Below are positions 46,082 to 54,834 of a stretch of DNA of 64,000 bases, piece by piece (the stretch's first letter is position 1; every line of letters starts with the position of its first letter). The notes under the pieces were generated by a model, which worked only from the letters and a program-made list of their open reading frames with translations, was not told the DNA's origin and searched no databases. The position numbers were made by a program, and so were the translations under genes. This DNA comes from an uncultured Clostridia bacterium (GTDB lineage: Bacteria; Bacillota; Clostridia; Christensenellales; UBA1242), in assembly GCA_944362965.1 (NCBI GenBank), contig CALVTR010000002.1:16145-80144 (forward strand), read 5' to 3'.

Positions 46082-46711
46082 ATGGAAAAGATTACAAGTA
46101 TGGATGTTGTTAAGGGTGCGTTTAATTATTATGATTTATCTAAATATATTTCAGCTGAAGAGATAGAGCAGCTAGCAAGCGAAGTTGACCAAATGCTAGA
46201 GCAAAAAATGAATTTTTATAAAGTTTTAGATTTTGTATATGAAAAACTTACAAAGCTGAAAGGTGATATCGATAAAAAATATTGTAGAAAACTAGTATCT
46301 GATATTTTTATAAATATGGCGTCCATTGATGACCTAAACGAATTTATTGAAAACCCTATTTTGAAAGATAAAATAAATATGAATTTAGATTATAGAATGC
46401 TCACCCTTCATGTGCATGATGGATTTATTGTTGAAAGCAATTTAGTTGCAGGAATGACTTTTATAAACAATAAATTCTTTTATGGTATTGAAGAGCAAGA
46501 TTTGCTTGAAAGTTTCTGCGATTTTGTGACTGACAATAAGACGCTATATGTGCAATTTTCAAAGAAAAGAATTTTAGGTTTATTTTTCCTTGACCCTTAT
46601 ATGTCATATTTTAAAACTTACAAGAAAAAAGATGGCAGGCTTGAAAAACTGAAAAAGAAAAAAGATGTTGAAATGATATTTGACAACAAAGAAATTTTAT
46701 ATAAAAAATAA
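46082..46711 (+). CDS. hypothetical protein (orphan, flanked by extremely AT-rich spacers)
   Basis: 209 aa, AAGGAG SD, no motif recognised. Confidence 0.6.
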   Translation: MEKITSMDVVKGAFNYYDLSKYISAEEIEQLASEVDQMLEQKMNFYKVLDFVYEKLTKLKGDIDKKYCRKLVSDIFINMASIDDLNEFIENPILKDKINMNLDYRMLTLHVHDGFIVESNLVAGMTFINNKFFYGIEEQDLLESFCDFVTDNKTLYVQFSKKRILGLFFLDPYMSYFKTYKKKDGRLEKLKKKKDVEMIFDNKEILYKK

Positions 46712-46765
46712 ATTTTAATTTAAAAAATAATTTAATTTATAATTTTAATTTAACTTTATTATATT

Positions 46766-46795
46766 AAAAAAAGAGACTATAAAAGTCTCTTTTTA
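46766..46795. terminator. bidirectional intrinsic terminator
   Basis: AGAGACT/AGTCTCT stem flanked by A7 and T5. Confidence 0.7.
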
Positions 46796-46865
46796 TTATT
46801 ATAAAATAGTATTTTATTTTTAGATTTTACTTAAAAATTTTGAGTTTAGGTTTGATAGTTTAAGT

Positions 46866-47390
46866 TTAGTCTTCGTCGTCATCGTCGTAGTCATAATCGT
46901 CGTCATCATCGTCATCGCTGTCGTCAATATCGTCACTATCTTCGTCGTCATCGTCATCTTCGTCATCGTCTTCGTCGAAGTCTTCATCATCAAAGCTTAT
47001 ATCGTCTTCGTCGTCAGCAAAGTCAATATCAGGCGTGATATCGTCATCATCAAGCAAGCTTGATTTTGTGATGTCATTGACAGATGCCATGTCACCTGTT
47101 TCATCATCCATAGTCATAACATCGTCATTATCGTCGCGGACAATATAATCTTCCCAATCAGAGTTGAGTTCGCCGTCTTCATTTTGATGCTCCTTAAGGC
47201 AGCTTGCACACATGATTTCGTCTGGTTGAATATAGTTTGTTTTGCAAATTGGGCAAAGCTCTAGGTCTATATCGTCAACATAATCCTTCTTTGCTTCCAT
47301 TTCTGCTTTGCAAACAGAACAATATTTATCCTTTTTTTGTATATAGTTTAGTTCACATCTAGGACATCTAATATAAACTGGTTTTTTCAT
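46866..47390 (-). CDS. double zinc-ribbon protein with about 100-aa poly-Asp/Glu tail
   Basis: CPRCELNYIQ...CSVC and CPICKTNYIQ...CASC. The C-terminal third is almost entirely D/E. AAGGAGAG SD. Confidence 0.75.
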   Translation of the reverse strand: MKKPVYIRCPRCELNYIQKKDKYCSVCKAEMEAKKDYVDDIDLELCPICKTNYIQPDEIMCASCLKEHQNEDGELNSDWEDYIVRDDNDDVMTMDDETGDMASVNDITKSSLLDDDDITPDIDFADDEDDISFDDEDFDEDDDEDDDDDEDSDDIDDSDDDDDDDYDYDDDDED

Positions 47391-47550
47391 ATTCTCTCCT
47401 TAAAACTTTTTCAAGTTTGCAAATGAATGATTGTTTTTATCTATTCATTTTGCTTAACACATTATACATATATAATTTAAAAATGTCTATTATTTTTTAA
47501 TAATTTTTAAATTTTTTTTGAGATTTTTGTAGGACTAATTTTTCTTTATT

Positions 47551-48177
47551 TTAATCCTTTAAGTTCATTTCTGCTTGGCTTTTTCTAAGGTATAATGGCA
47601 GAAGCTCTGACTCTTTTATAAACTCACCTTTCTCTGCCTTCAGTTTGCTTAGAGACAAAAGTTCTTCGCAAGTCGGATGGACTGTGATTTCTGTGACATT
47701 CTCTTCAGAAAGGCTGACTTTAACCCCCTGCAAACTTGACAGTGTTTCGCCATCGATCACCCTTTCGTCTTCTAGCTTTTTGCCGTTCTTATCATATTTG
47801 CACACGTAAAATAGTCCGCTTAGTGCATTGATTACGCAGTAGAAATCTTCCGCTGCGTCGTTATTTGTTATATATGAATATGCCATAAGGTCAAAGGTTG
47901 TGAGACTTATTATCTTTTTCTCATCCTTGCTGCCTGCAAGCAAGCCTTTTACAAGAGCTATACCAATTCTAAGCCCTGTGAAAGAACCTGGTCCGACCAC
48001 GACTGAGTATGTATCGTTTTCTTGAATAGTTTTGCCTATTTCATCTAAGCTTTTATCAATATTTAAAAGTAAGTTTTCTGAATGCTTACAATTTGCGTCC
48101 ATTGATTTGAATGCCTTTTTCCCGTCTATCTCTATCCCTATTAGTGCTTCCTTATATGCTGATGACAATGCAATCAT
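47551..48177 (-). CDS. tsaB: tRNA t6A biosynthesis protein TsaB
   Basis: VVVGPGSFTGLRIGIALVKGL motif. Overlaps tsaE by 4 nt. Confidence 0.8.
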   Translation of the reverse strand: MIALSSAYKEALIGIEIDGKKAFKSMDANCKHSENLLLNIDKSLDEIGKTIQENDTYSVVVGPGSFTGLRIGIALVKGLLAGSKDEKKIISLTTFDLMAYSYITNNDAAEDFYCVINALSGLFYVCKYDKNGKKLEDERVIDGETLSSLQGVKVSLSEENVTEITVHPTCEELLSLSKLKAEKGEFIKESELLPLYLRKSQAEMNLKD

Positions 48178-48611
48178 TTGACCGCTCCTATACTTATCTT
48201 TCTTTTATCCCCGTCTAACTTTTCAATTTTGACTTCTATATGTTGGCAATTTATTAATCCTTCTACTTGATTTGGCCATTCAACAAACACGATGCCGTCT
48301 ATATTTTTAAGGTCAAAGTATTCGTCAAAGCCAAGTTCTTCGGCTTCTTCCTTAGATGAGAGTCTATACATATCAAAATGATAGACAGGAAATTTTCCGC
48401 CTTCATAGACGTTCAAAAGTGTGAAGGTTGGACTGGTGACAAGTGCGTTGCTGCCTAGTCCCTTGACAAAGCCTTTGACAAAATGGGTTTTGCCCGCTCC
48501 TAAGTCGCCTTCTAGTGTAAATACTACGCCCTTGCCTACAGTGCCTGCTAGTTTTTCTGCCACAAGCATTGTTTCTTCTTCATTATTTGTTATTACTGAA
48601 AATATATTCAT
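48174..48611 (-). CDS. tsaE: tRNA t6A biosynthesis ATPase TsaE
   Basis: GDLGAGKTHFVKG P-loop. Start at MNIFSV with AGGAG SD. Confidence 0.8.
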   Translation of the reverse strand: MNIFSVITNNEEETMLVAEKLAGTVGKGVVFTLEGDLGAGKTHFVKGFVKGLGSNALVTSPTFTLLNVYEGGKFPVYHFDMYRLSSKEEAEELGFDEYFDLKNIDGIVFVEWPNQVEGLINCQHIEVKIEKLDGDKRKISIGAVK

Positions 48612-48678
48612 GTTGCTCCTAATTGCCTTAATTAAATACATATATATTGTAGCACATTTGGGCTTTATATTAAAATTT

Positions 48679-49245
48679 TTATTGCAAGTTTTCCTGTGTT
48701 TTTGCTTTATTTCTCCGCTTCATATAGTATCTATAAAGGTAAATGCCTAGCACTGCAAAGATTACGCCAAGTGCTATGCCAACTAAAGTGTCAGAGAGAT
48801 AGTGGACACCTAGCACCATTCGAGAGTAGGCTATCAAAAATGGAAACAGCACGCAAAAAATACCGCCTAATATCTTTGTGGTTTTGTATTTAGACGTGGT
48901 TAAAATATTATAAAACAAAAAGGTTGCAAAAAGCCCGCCGCATAAACTATGCCCTGACGGCATACTATAGCCGCTTTCACCCCCATAATTTAATATTTGC
49001 GGGTTGTTCACGAATGGTCTATCTCGAGCTATTATTAGTTTTAAGAGCTGATTAAAAACTGATGCAACTACAAATGTCACTGCAAAGACGTAGCTAAGCT
49101 TTCGCTGTTTTATAAATAAAATGGCAAAGACTATTATAAACCCTAAGTAGCTGCCTAGCATTGTTATAAATTGAAATAGTGATATCCAGCCTATGCTTGC
49201 ATTTGTTTGCAAAAACTCTATTAAGTTCGTTTCAAATTCATTCAT
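48679..49245 (-). CDS. PAP2-family phosphatase (undecaprenyl-diphosphate / PG-phosphate phosphatase type)
   Basis: KLIIARDRP, PSGH and SRMVLGVHYLSD motifs. Start at MNEFETN, preceded by TATAAT-N6 (leaderless layout). Confidence 0.75.
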   Translation of the reverse strand: MNEFETNLIEFLQTNASIGWISLFQFITMLGSYLGFIIVFAILFIKQRKLSYVFAVTFVVASVFNQLLKLIIARDRPFVNNPQILNYGGESGYSMPSGHSLCGGLFATFLFYNILTTSKYKTTKILGGIFCVLFPFLIAYSRMVLGVHYLSDTLVGIALGVIFAVLGIYLYRYYMKRRNKAKTQENLQ

Positions 49246-49414
49246 ATATCTATTATAACAAATTTTCTTTAAAAACAAACTTTAATCATGAGTTTTATCT
49301 AAATTTTGTCATAAATAAATTTAAGTTGACATAAAAAAAGTGGCTAAGCCACATATTTTATATTTTAAAAAATTTATTTGTTTTTTTCGGTCGCGATGTT
49401 TTCCTGCAGCCTGA

Positions 49415-50002
49415 TTATTTTAATTTGCTTATGCTGTAGCCATCGTCTATATCATAAAAAGTGGTTTCAAGGTCGCTATCATGGCTGAGAGTGTCGATAA
49501 ATTTCCTTAAATTTACCACCATTGAGCGATGTTTATGTGGCACTTTGCCATCTGCTTGCACAAAGCCATGCAAATAGATATTATCGGTAAATAGGATGCC
49601 GCCACCATTAAGCAAGCATTTTAAATAGGGATAATACTTTATATACTGCCCTTTTGCTCCGTCAAGAAATATTAGATCAAATTTTTCATTTTTAGAACAA
49701 AGCTCTTCTATGACCTTTTGTGCGTCATCAAGATAGAATGTCACCCTATCACTAACTGCATACTTTTGAAAATTCTCTTCGGCTTTCTCTGCTCGCTCTT
49801 CATCTTTTTCAATGGTGTGAAGTTTAGCATTGCAGCTTTTTAGCATCAATATGCCAGAATAGCCTATTGCTGTGCCAATCTCAAGTATTTTGTTTGGGCT
49901 GAGTGAGTGACACAGCTCAGTCAGTTTTTTTGCCGTTTGGTCTCTGACTATTGGAATATAATTCACCTTAGCATAAGCCTTTATCTCGTCCATATTATCC
50001 AT
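49415..50002 (-). CDS. class I SAM-dependent O-methyltransferase (YrrM/TrmR-like)
   Basis: ILEIGTAIGYSGILM SAM motif, FDLIFLDGAK. About 195 aa, typical of the family. Confidence 0.7.
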   Translation of the reverse strand: MDNMDEIKAYAKVNYIPIVRDQTAKKLTELCHSLSPNKILEIGTAIGYSGILMLKSCNAKLHTIEKDEERAEKAEENFQKYAVSDRVTFYLDDAQKVIEELCSKNEKFDLIFLDGAKGQYIKYYPYLKCLLNGGGILFTDNIYLHGFVQADGKVPHKHRSMVVNLRKFIDTLSHDSDLETTFYDIDDGYSISKLK

Positions 50003-50011
50003 AAAAGCACC

Positions 50012-51670
50012 TTAGTCAAGAGTTACTATAGTGAGAATCATTGGACGACGTTTTGTGCGTCTATAGATAAAGTTTGAGATATTTCGCTTAAGTGATGCAC
50101 GTATTACCGCTGGTTCTACTCCGCGAAGGTCGGTCTCCTTGAGTGAGGCGATGATGCTTGCCTTAGCGTCTTGAACAAAGCTTTCTTGCTCATCAGCGTA
50201 TACCACACCCCTTGTGATTATAAATGGGTCGCCTGTAACTTCGCCTGCAACATTGTTGATAGTAACACATACAACGCATATACCATCTTCTGAAAGCTGT
50301 TTACGCTCTCTAAGAACATTGCTGTCCATATCGCCAATGCCCATACCATCAACAAGGCGTTGTCCTGCCTTGACGAAGCCAACTTCCTTAAGTGAATTTG
50401 GTCCAAGTTCCACTTGAAGTCCTAAGCTTGGAAGAAGGATATTCCTTTCGTCCATGCCAAGTGTCATTGCAAGCTCTTTATGAGTTTTTAAGTGTCTATA
50501 TTCACCATGTATTGGCATGAAGAACTTAGGTTTTACAAGGCTGTGCATGAGTTTTAACTCTTCTTGGCAAGCGTGCCCTGAGGTGTGAACTTCTGCAAGT
50601 TCGTCATAAATGACATCTGCGCCAAGTTTGTAAAGTGCATTGATAACGTTGTATACATTCTTCTCATTGCCCGGAATTGGTGATGCTGACAAGATTACCA
50701 GGTCATTTGGTCTTATCTTTACGCTCTTAAATTCGCCAGCCGCCATACGTGTTAGTGCACTCATTGGCTCGCCTTGACTGCCTGTGGTCATGATAAGAAC
50801 TTCCTTATCGTCAAGTTTGTCAACCTTTTCAAGCTCTACAATGTTCTCGCGATTGAAAGTAAGCTCGCCTATCTTCATGGCAACTTCGCTGACATTTATC
50901 ATACTTCTGCCAGTGAAGGCTATCTTTCTGTTATATTTCTCTGCAATATCCATGATTTGCTGCATTCTGTGAATGTTTGAAGCAAAGGTTGCAACGATAA
51001 TTCTGTTATTTGGATGATTTTTGATTATCTCGTCAAGAGTTCGCCCTACCGACTTCTCGCTCATAGAATAGCCTTTGCGGCATACGTTGGTGCTTTCACA
51101 TAAAAGTAAGTTTACACCTTTTCTTCCGATTTCACCAAGACGTGGAAGGTCGGTCATAACGCCGTCAATAGGCTCATAGTCAACCTTGAAGTCACCTGTG
51201 TGGACAACTGTTCCAACTGGGGTTGTGATTGAAAAGGCAAGAGAGCCTGCTATTGAATGGCTGACCTTGATAAACTCTATTGAAAAAGAACCTATCTTTA
51301 AAACATTCTTTGGCTTGACTGATATTGCCTTGTATTTTACCTTTGGATACTCTTTCATCTTGTTTTCAACGAGTGCTAAGGTAAGTCTTGTGCCATAGAT
51401 TGGAACGTTGATTTGTTGCAAGAAAAATGGCACTGCTCCGATATGGTCTTCATGACCATGTGTCAAAAGCAAAGCTTTGATTTTTGCCTTATTCTCAATT
51501 AGATATGACATATCTGGAATAACTATATCTACGCCAGGTAGGTCATCGTCTGGGAAAGTAAGTCCAGCGTCAACGACTATGATTTCGTCGTTATACTCAA
51601 AGGCTGTCATGTTTTTGCCTATTTCGCCTACTCCCCCTAAAAATGTTATTTTTAGTTTGTTATTATTCAC
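50012..51670 (-). CDS. rnj: ribonuclease J
   Basis: Metallo-beta-lactamase HGHEDHIGA motif, beta-CASP layout, 552 aa. GTG start after AAGGAG. Confidence 0.85.
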   Translation of the reverse strand: MNNNKLKITFLGGVGEIGKNMTAFEYNDEIIVVDAGLTFPDDDLPGVDIVIPDMSYLIENKAKIKALLLTHGHEDHIGAVPFFLQQINVPIYGTRLTLALVENKMKEYPKVKYKAISVKPKNVLKIGSFSIEFIKVSHSIAGSLAFSITTPVGTVVHTGDFKVDYEPIDGVMTDLPRLGEIGRKGVNLLLCESTNVCRKGYSMSEKSVGRTLDEIIKNHPNNRIIVATFASNIHRMQQIMDIAEKYNRKIAFTGRSMINVSEVAMKIGELTFNRENIVELEKVDKLDDKEVLIMTTGSQGEPMSALTRMAAGEFKSVKIRPNDLVILSASPIPGNEKNVYNVINALYKLGADVIYDELAEVHTSGHACQEELKLMHSLVKPKFFMPIHGEYRHLKTHKELAMTLGMDERNILLPSLGLQVELGPNSLKEVGFVKAGQRLVDGMGIGDMDSNVLRERKQLSEDGICVVCVTINNVAGEVTGDPFIITRGVVYADEQESFVQDAKASIIASLKETDLRGVEPAVIRASLKRNISNFIYRRTKRRPMILTIVTLD

Positions 51671-51831
51671 GTTTTGTCTCCTTTTATTGTTTATTTTTTA
51701 TATATATTCTTACAAATGAGTTTCAGCCTTCTAAAAGTTATGTCTGTCTTGTATTTAAACTAAAATACAAGACAAAATCATGAAAACATAAATTTTCATT
51801 TATATCGTTACATTAAAAAAGCAATCTTAGT

Positions 51832-52755
51832 TTATAAGATATACTTTGCGTCTTCAATTTTATCAACTTCCTCAAGACGTTTTGGTGAAAGAATTGTGTC
51901 GCTATCAACATAGAAACGCATCCCTTGACTTGAGAAGAACATCACCATTTCAAAGATATGAATTAGTGGTGAGATGAGCGGAAGTATTATGATTATTGAG
52001 TAAAGCCCTAGAACAACTGAAAGGACTATTGCAAGAAGGAAGATTATAAATGCTGTTGAAAATACCCTTGCACCCCTTCTTAGCACGGCACGCATGCCTA
52101 TCATAAACGATTTGAATACATTTTGATTATATACCACTTTAGCTGGTGCCCAGCCTGCATTGAAGGTCTCTTTGAACGCCATCAAAAGTGCTGGAACGAT
52201 GACAAAGGCAAATGGCATGATATAATCAAAGATTGCGTTATCTACGCGTGTAAGTCCCCACATACTTAGCACGATAAGTGCGTTGAATGGCATGCAATAA
52301 AAGACCTTTATTATTGAATAGGTCAAAGAATTTTTGAGTGTCTTTAGGTATGTGCCTGAGAAGCTTTGTTTTTGACATGATGACATATAGCCATACATCA
52401 TTTCACAAGTTACGTATTTGCCGATATTGAGCAAAAGTGGAAGCAAGATAAAAGATACTAGGCAAAAATAAATGCCTATACCTGCATTTGTGAAAATCTC
52501 TCTAAAGAATATGAGAACAAAGTCTATTGCGGCGGTCAGTCCGTTTGCTAGGCTGGAGCCGTAGAGTGTGCCGGTGTCAAATGTTCCGCTTAAGTTTGAC
52601 TCATTGTAAGCTATTATGCCTGCATCAAGGTAGCTGTTATAAAAAACACATAGAAGGGCTATGCATAAACCGATTGATAAAATATGGTATACAAGAAGCT
52701 TCCATACCTTATCAAAGTTTGCACATAATAATCTGACTGAATTTTTAAACATCAT
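51832..52755 (-). CDS. polytopic membrane protein, unknown function
   Basis: 307 aa with about 6 hydrophobic segments. Confidence 0.6.
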   Translation of the reverse strand: MMFKNSVRLLCANFDKVWKLLVYHILSIGLCIALLCVFYNSYLDAGIIAYNESNLSGTFDTGTLYGSSLANGLTAAIDFVLIFFREIFTNAGIGIYFCLVSFILLPLLLNIGKYVTCEMMYGYMSSCQKQSFSGTYLKTLKNSLTYSIIKVFYCMPFNALIVLSMWGLTRVDNAIFDYIMPFAFVIVPALLMAFKETFNAGWAPAKVVYNQNVFKSFMIGMRAVLRRGARVFSTAFIIFLLAIVLSVVLGLYSIIIILPLISPLIHIFEMVMFFSSQGMRFYVDSDTILSPKRLEEVDKIEDAKYIL

Positions 52756-52807
52756 AATCTTTGATTTCTCTCTTACAATATAAATAATTCTATAAGGTGT
52801 TTTAGTA

Positions 52808-52899
52808 GCTGCTCGGAAATGCCACTTTGAAAAAGTGGCAAAAGTTGCCTGAAGGGCAACTTTTTAAAATTTTAAATTAAAATTTTATTTCCGAGCAGC
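52808..52899. other. closed four-way-junction structured element, copy C
   Basis: 13-bp closing stem GCTGCTCGGAAAT/ATTTCCGAGCAGC around hairpins 52821-52839, 52840-52864 and 52866-52886 (8, 10 and 8-9 bp). Confidence 0.7.
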
Positions 52900-52983
52900 G
52901 TGCTTACCTAAGAAAAAGGTTGTGTCATGACTGCAAGCCCTGAACAACAAAAATATTATATTCTACCTTATAAACTTACTATT

Positions 52984-53012
52984 ATTATACAATAAAAATT
53001 TATATATTGCAA
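52984..53012 (-). promoter_or_regulatory. sigma-A-type promoter (TTGCAA-17-TATAAT)
   Basis: -35 at 53007-53012, -10 at 52984-52989. Gives a leader of about 220 nt that contains copy C. Confidence 0.55.
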
Positions 53013-53060
53013 GAAAATCTAAAATATAAACATGAAAAAATTGGCAAATTATGTGAAAAT

Positions 53061-53525
53061 TTAGTTTATAGAAAGGATTTTATAAGAAATTTCGCCACCT
53101 TCCATCTTTACTTTGATAGTGTCGCCTTTCTTATGACCAAGAAGAGCTGAACCAACAGGTGAAATATTGCTGATAATTCCATTTGCTGGGTCACTTTCAG
53201 TTGAACCTAAAATCTTATATTGAAGCTCTTCATCGAACTCTTCATCATAAAGCTTTACAGTTGAGCCAATGCTTACTGTATCACTTGCACCTTCTTGTTT
53301 ATCTATAATTTGACAAGTGAGAAGTATATCTTCCATTTCGCGGATTTCTGCTTCCACTTGAGCTTGTTCTTCTTTTGCTGCATCATATTCAGAGTTCTCT
53401 GAAAGGTCTCCAAATTCTCTTGCTGCACCTATTTTTTTGCTTACTTCCACCCTTCTTACAGTCTTATAGTAATTGAGCTTTTCTTCAAGTTGTTTCTTTC
53501 CTTCTCTTGTTAAAACATGAACCAT
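53061..53525 (-). CDS. greA: transcription elongation factor GreA
   Basis: LTREGKKQLEEKL...FGDLSENSEYDAAKEEQ coiled-coil N-terminus and C-terminal FKBP-like domain. Confidence 0.9.
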   Translation of the reverse strand: MVHVLTREGKKQLEEKLNYYKTVRRVEVSKKIGAAREFGDLSENSEYDAAKEEQAQVEAEIREMEDILLTCQIIDKQEGASDTVSIGSTVKLYDEEFDEELQYKILGSTESDPANGIISNISPVGSALLGHKKGDTIKVKMEGGEISYKILSIN

Positions 53526-53670
53526 AATTAGAACTCCTTTTAAAAGTTTTCGATAAATTATAATCTCTTTTTGTTTCTAAGTCAAGTTTTTTGTGACCAA
53601 TTTTTAAACTTTTTTGTCGCCTTAGTATTATTTTCTCATATTTGTTTACACTAAAAGCGGAGGTATTATT

Positions 53671-54093
53671 ATGCTTACTATTCTCTCTTTTATACTTACA
53701 ATCTTAGGCTGTATAAACTGGCTTTTAGTTGGTCTTTTGCAATATGACTTTGTGGCTGGAATTTTCGGCTATCAGTCTAGCATACTTTCAAGAATTGTCT
53801 ATATCATCATTGGAATTGCAAGTTTATTTTTAGTTTTTAAGCTTATCAAAGGCAAAGGAACGATTGCTGTTTTTTCTCGTAGAAATAAAAAGGACCTTGC
53901 AAAGAACATTCAAAAAATGGGCAAAAAAGATGATGAAGAAGAACATGAAAGTGCTTATGCAATGCAAAAACTTAATGTTGAAGCTGGACGCGAGCAATAT
54001 AATGACGAATATGATAGCGACAGTTTTGATGACAGGAACGAGCAAAGACCACGCGGACTTTTTAACGAACACTTTGACGACAGAGATTTTTGA
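53671..54093 (+). CDS. DUF378 membrane protein with acidic C-terminal extension
   Basis: LGCINWLLVGLLQYDFVAGIFG motif. GGAGG SD. Confidence 0.7.
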   Translation: MLTILSFILTILGCINWLLVGLLQYDFVAGIFGYQSSILSRIVYIIIGIASLFLVFKLIKGKGTIAVFSRRNKKDLAKNIQKMGKKDDEEEHESAYAMQKLNVEAGREQYNDEYDSDSFDDRNEQRPRGLFNEHFDDRDF

Positions 54094-54184
54094 TTGAACG
54101 CTTTTATTTTATGTTGCCTGTCTTAGTTTGATTACAAAAAACTTGACAAAGAGCTTAAATATTTATATGTAAAAGGAGATAAAA

Positions 54185-54268
54185 ATGCAACGCAATTTAT
54201 CAATTCTTGCCCTGCTTACTCTATTTGTGGGCTGTCTGTTTTCTATTCTATTTTTTAACCTATTATAA
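54185..54268 (+). CDS. 27-aa hydrophobic peptide (MQRNLSILALLTLFVGCLFSILFFNLL)
   Basis: Below the track cutoff. AAAGGAG SD 6 nt upstream, TTGACA-17-TATGTA promoter candidate about 35 nt upstream, terminator hairpin (54278-54310) downstream. Confidence 0.45.
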   Translation: MQRNLSILALLTLFVGCLFSILFFNLL

Positions 54269-54297
54269 TACACAATAAAAAGCCGTCATAATGATTT

Positions 54298-54345
54298 GAT
54301 GGCTTTTTTGTTATATCTAAAGATGGCTTTTTTGTTATATCTAAA
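54298..54345. repeat. perfect tandem duplication, 2 x 24 nt (GATGGCTTTTTTGTTATATCTAAA)
   Basis: 54298-54321 equals 54322-54345. It duplicates the 3' arm and T-run of the adjacent terminator. Confidence 0.85.
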
Positions 54346-54375
54346 TTTGTCCTTAAAATCTTGGATTAATTTATT

Positions 54376-54834
54376 TTATTTATGATATTTGCTGCCACTA
54401 TTTATCATAAAAGCACGGTATATTTGCTCTAGCAAGACCACTCTTGCAAGATTGTGTGGAAGTGTTATTTTCCCAAATGATATTCTCTCGTCCACACTTT
54501 TCTTGACTTCTTCGCTTACACCATATGAGCCGCCTATGATAAAGGTTAGCGTGCTTATTTGTTGACTTAAAAGTTCTATCTTTTTTGCAAGGTCTTCGCT
54601 TGACACTTCCCTGCCCTTCACGTCAAGCAAAATATTCTTGCCTGCAAGGTTTGATAAAATTTCTGTTCCTTCACTTTGCAAAATTTTTGCAGTGTCTTGA
54701 TATTTGTTTTGCTCGGCAAGTTCTATTACAGAAAGTTTGCAAAATTTTTGCAGTCTTTTTTTGTATTCATTGCAGGCGTCAGTCCAATACTTTTCTTTTA
54801 AATTGCCAACGCAGACAAGCCTTATATTTATCAT
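54376..54834 (-). CDS. rlmH: 23S rRNA (pseudouridine1915-N3)-methyltransferase RlmH
   Basis: MINIRLVCVGNLKEKYWTDACNEYKKRL, SPOUT C-terminus (LPHNLARVVLLEQIYRA). Confidence 0.85.
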   Translation of the reverse strand: MINIRLVCVGNLKEKYWTDACNEYKKRLQKFCKLSVIELAEQNKYQDTAKILQSEGTEILSNLAGKNILLDVKGREVSSEDLAKKIELLSQQISTLTFIIGGSYGVSEEVKKSVDERISFGKITLPHNLARVVLLEQIYRAFMINSGSKYHK

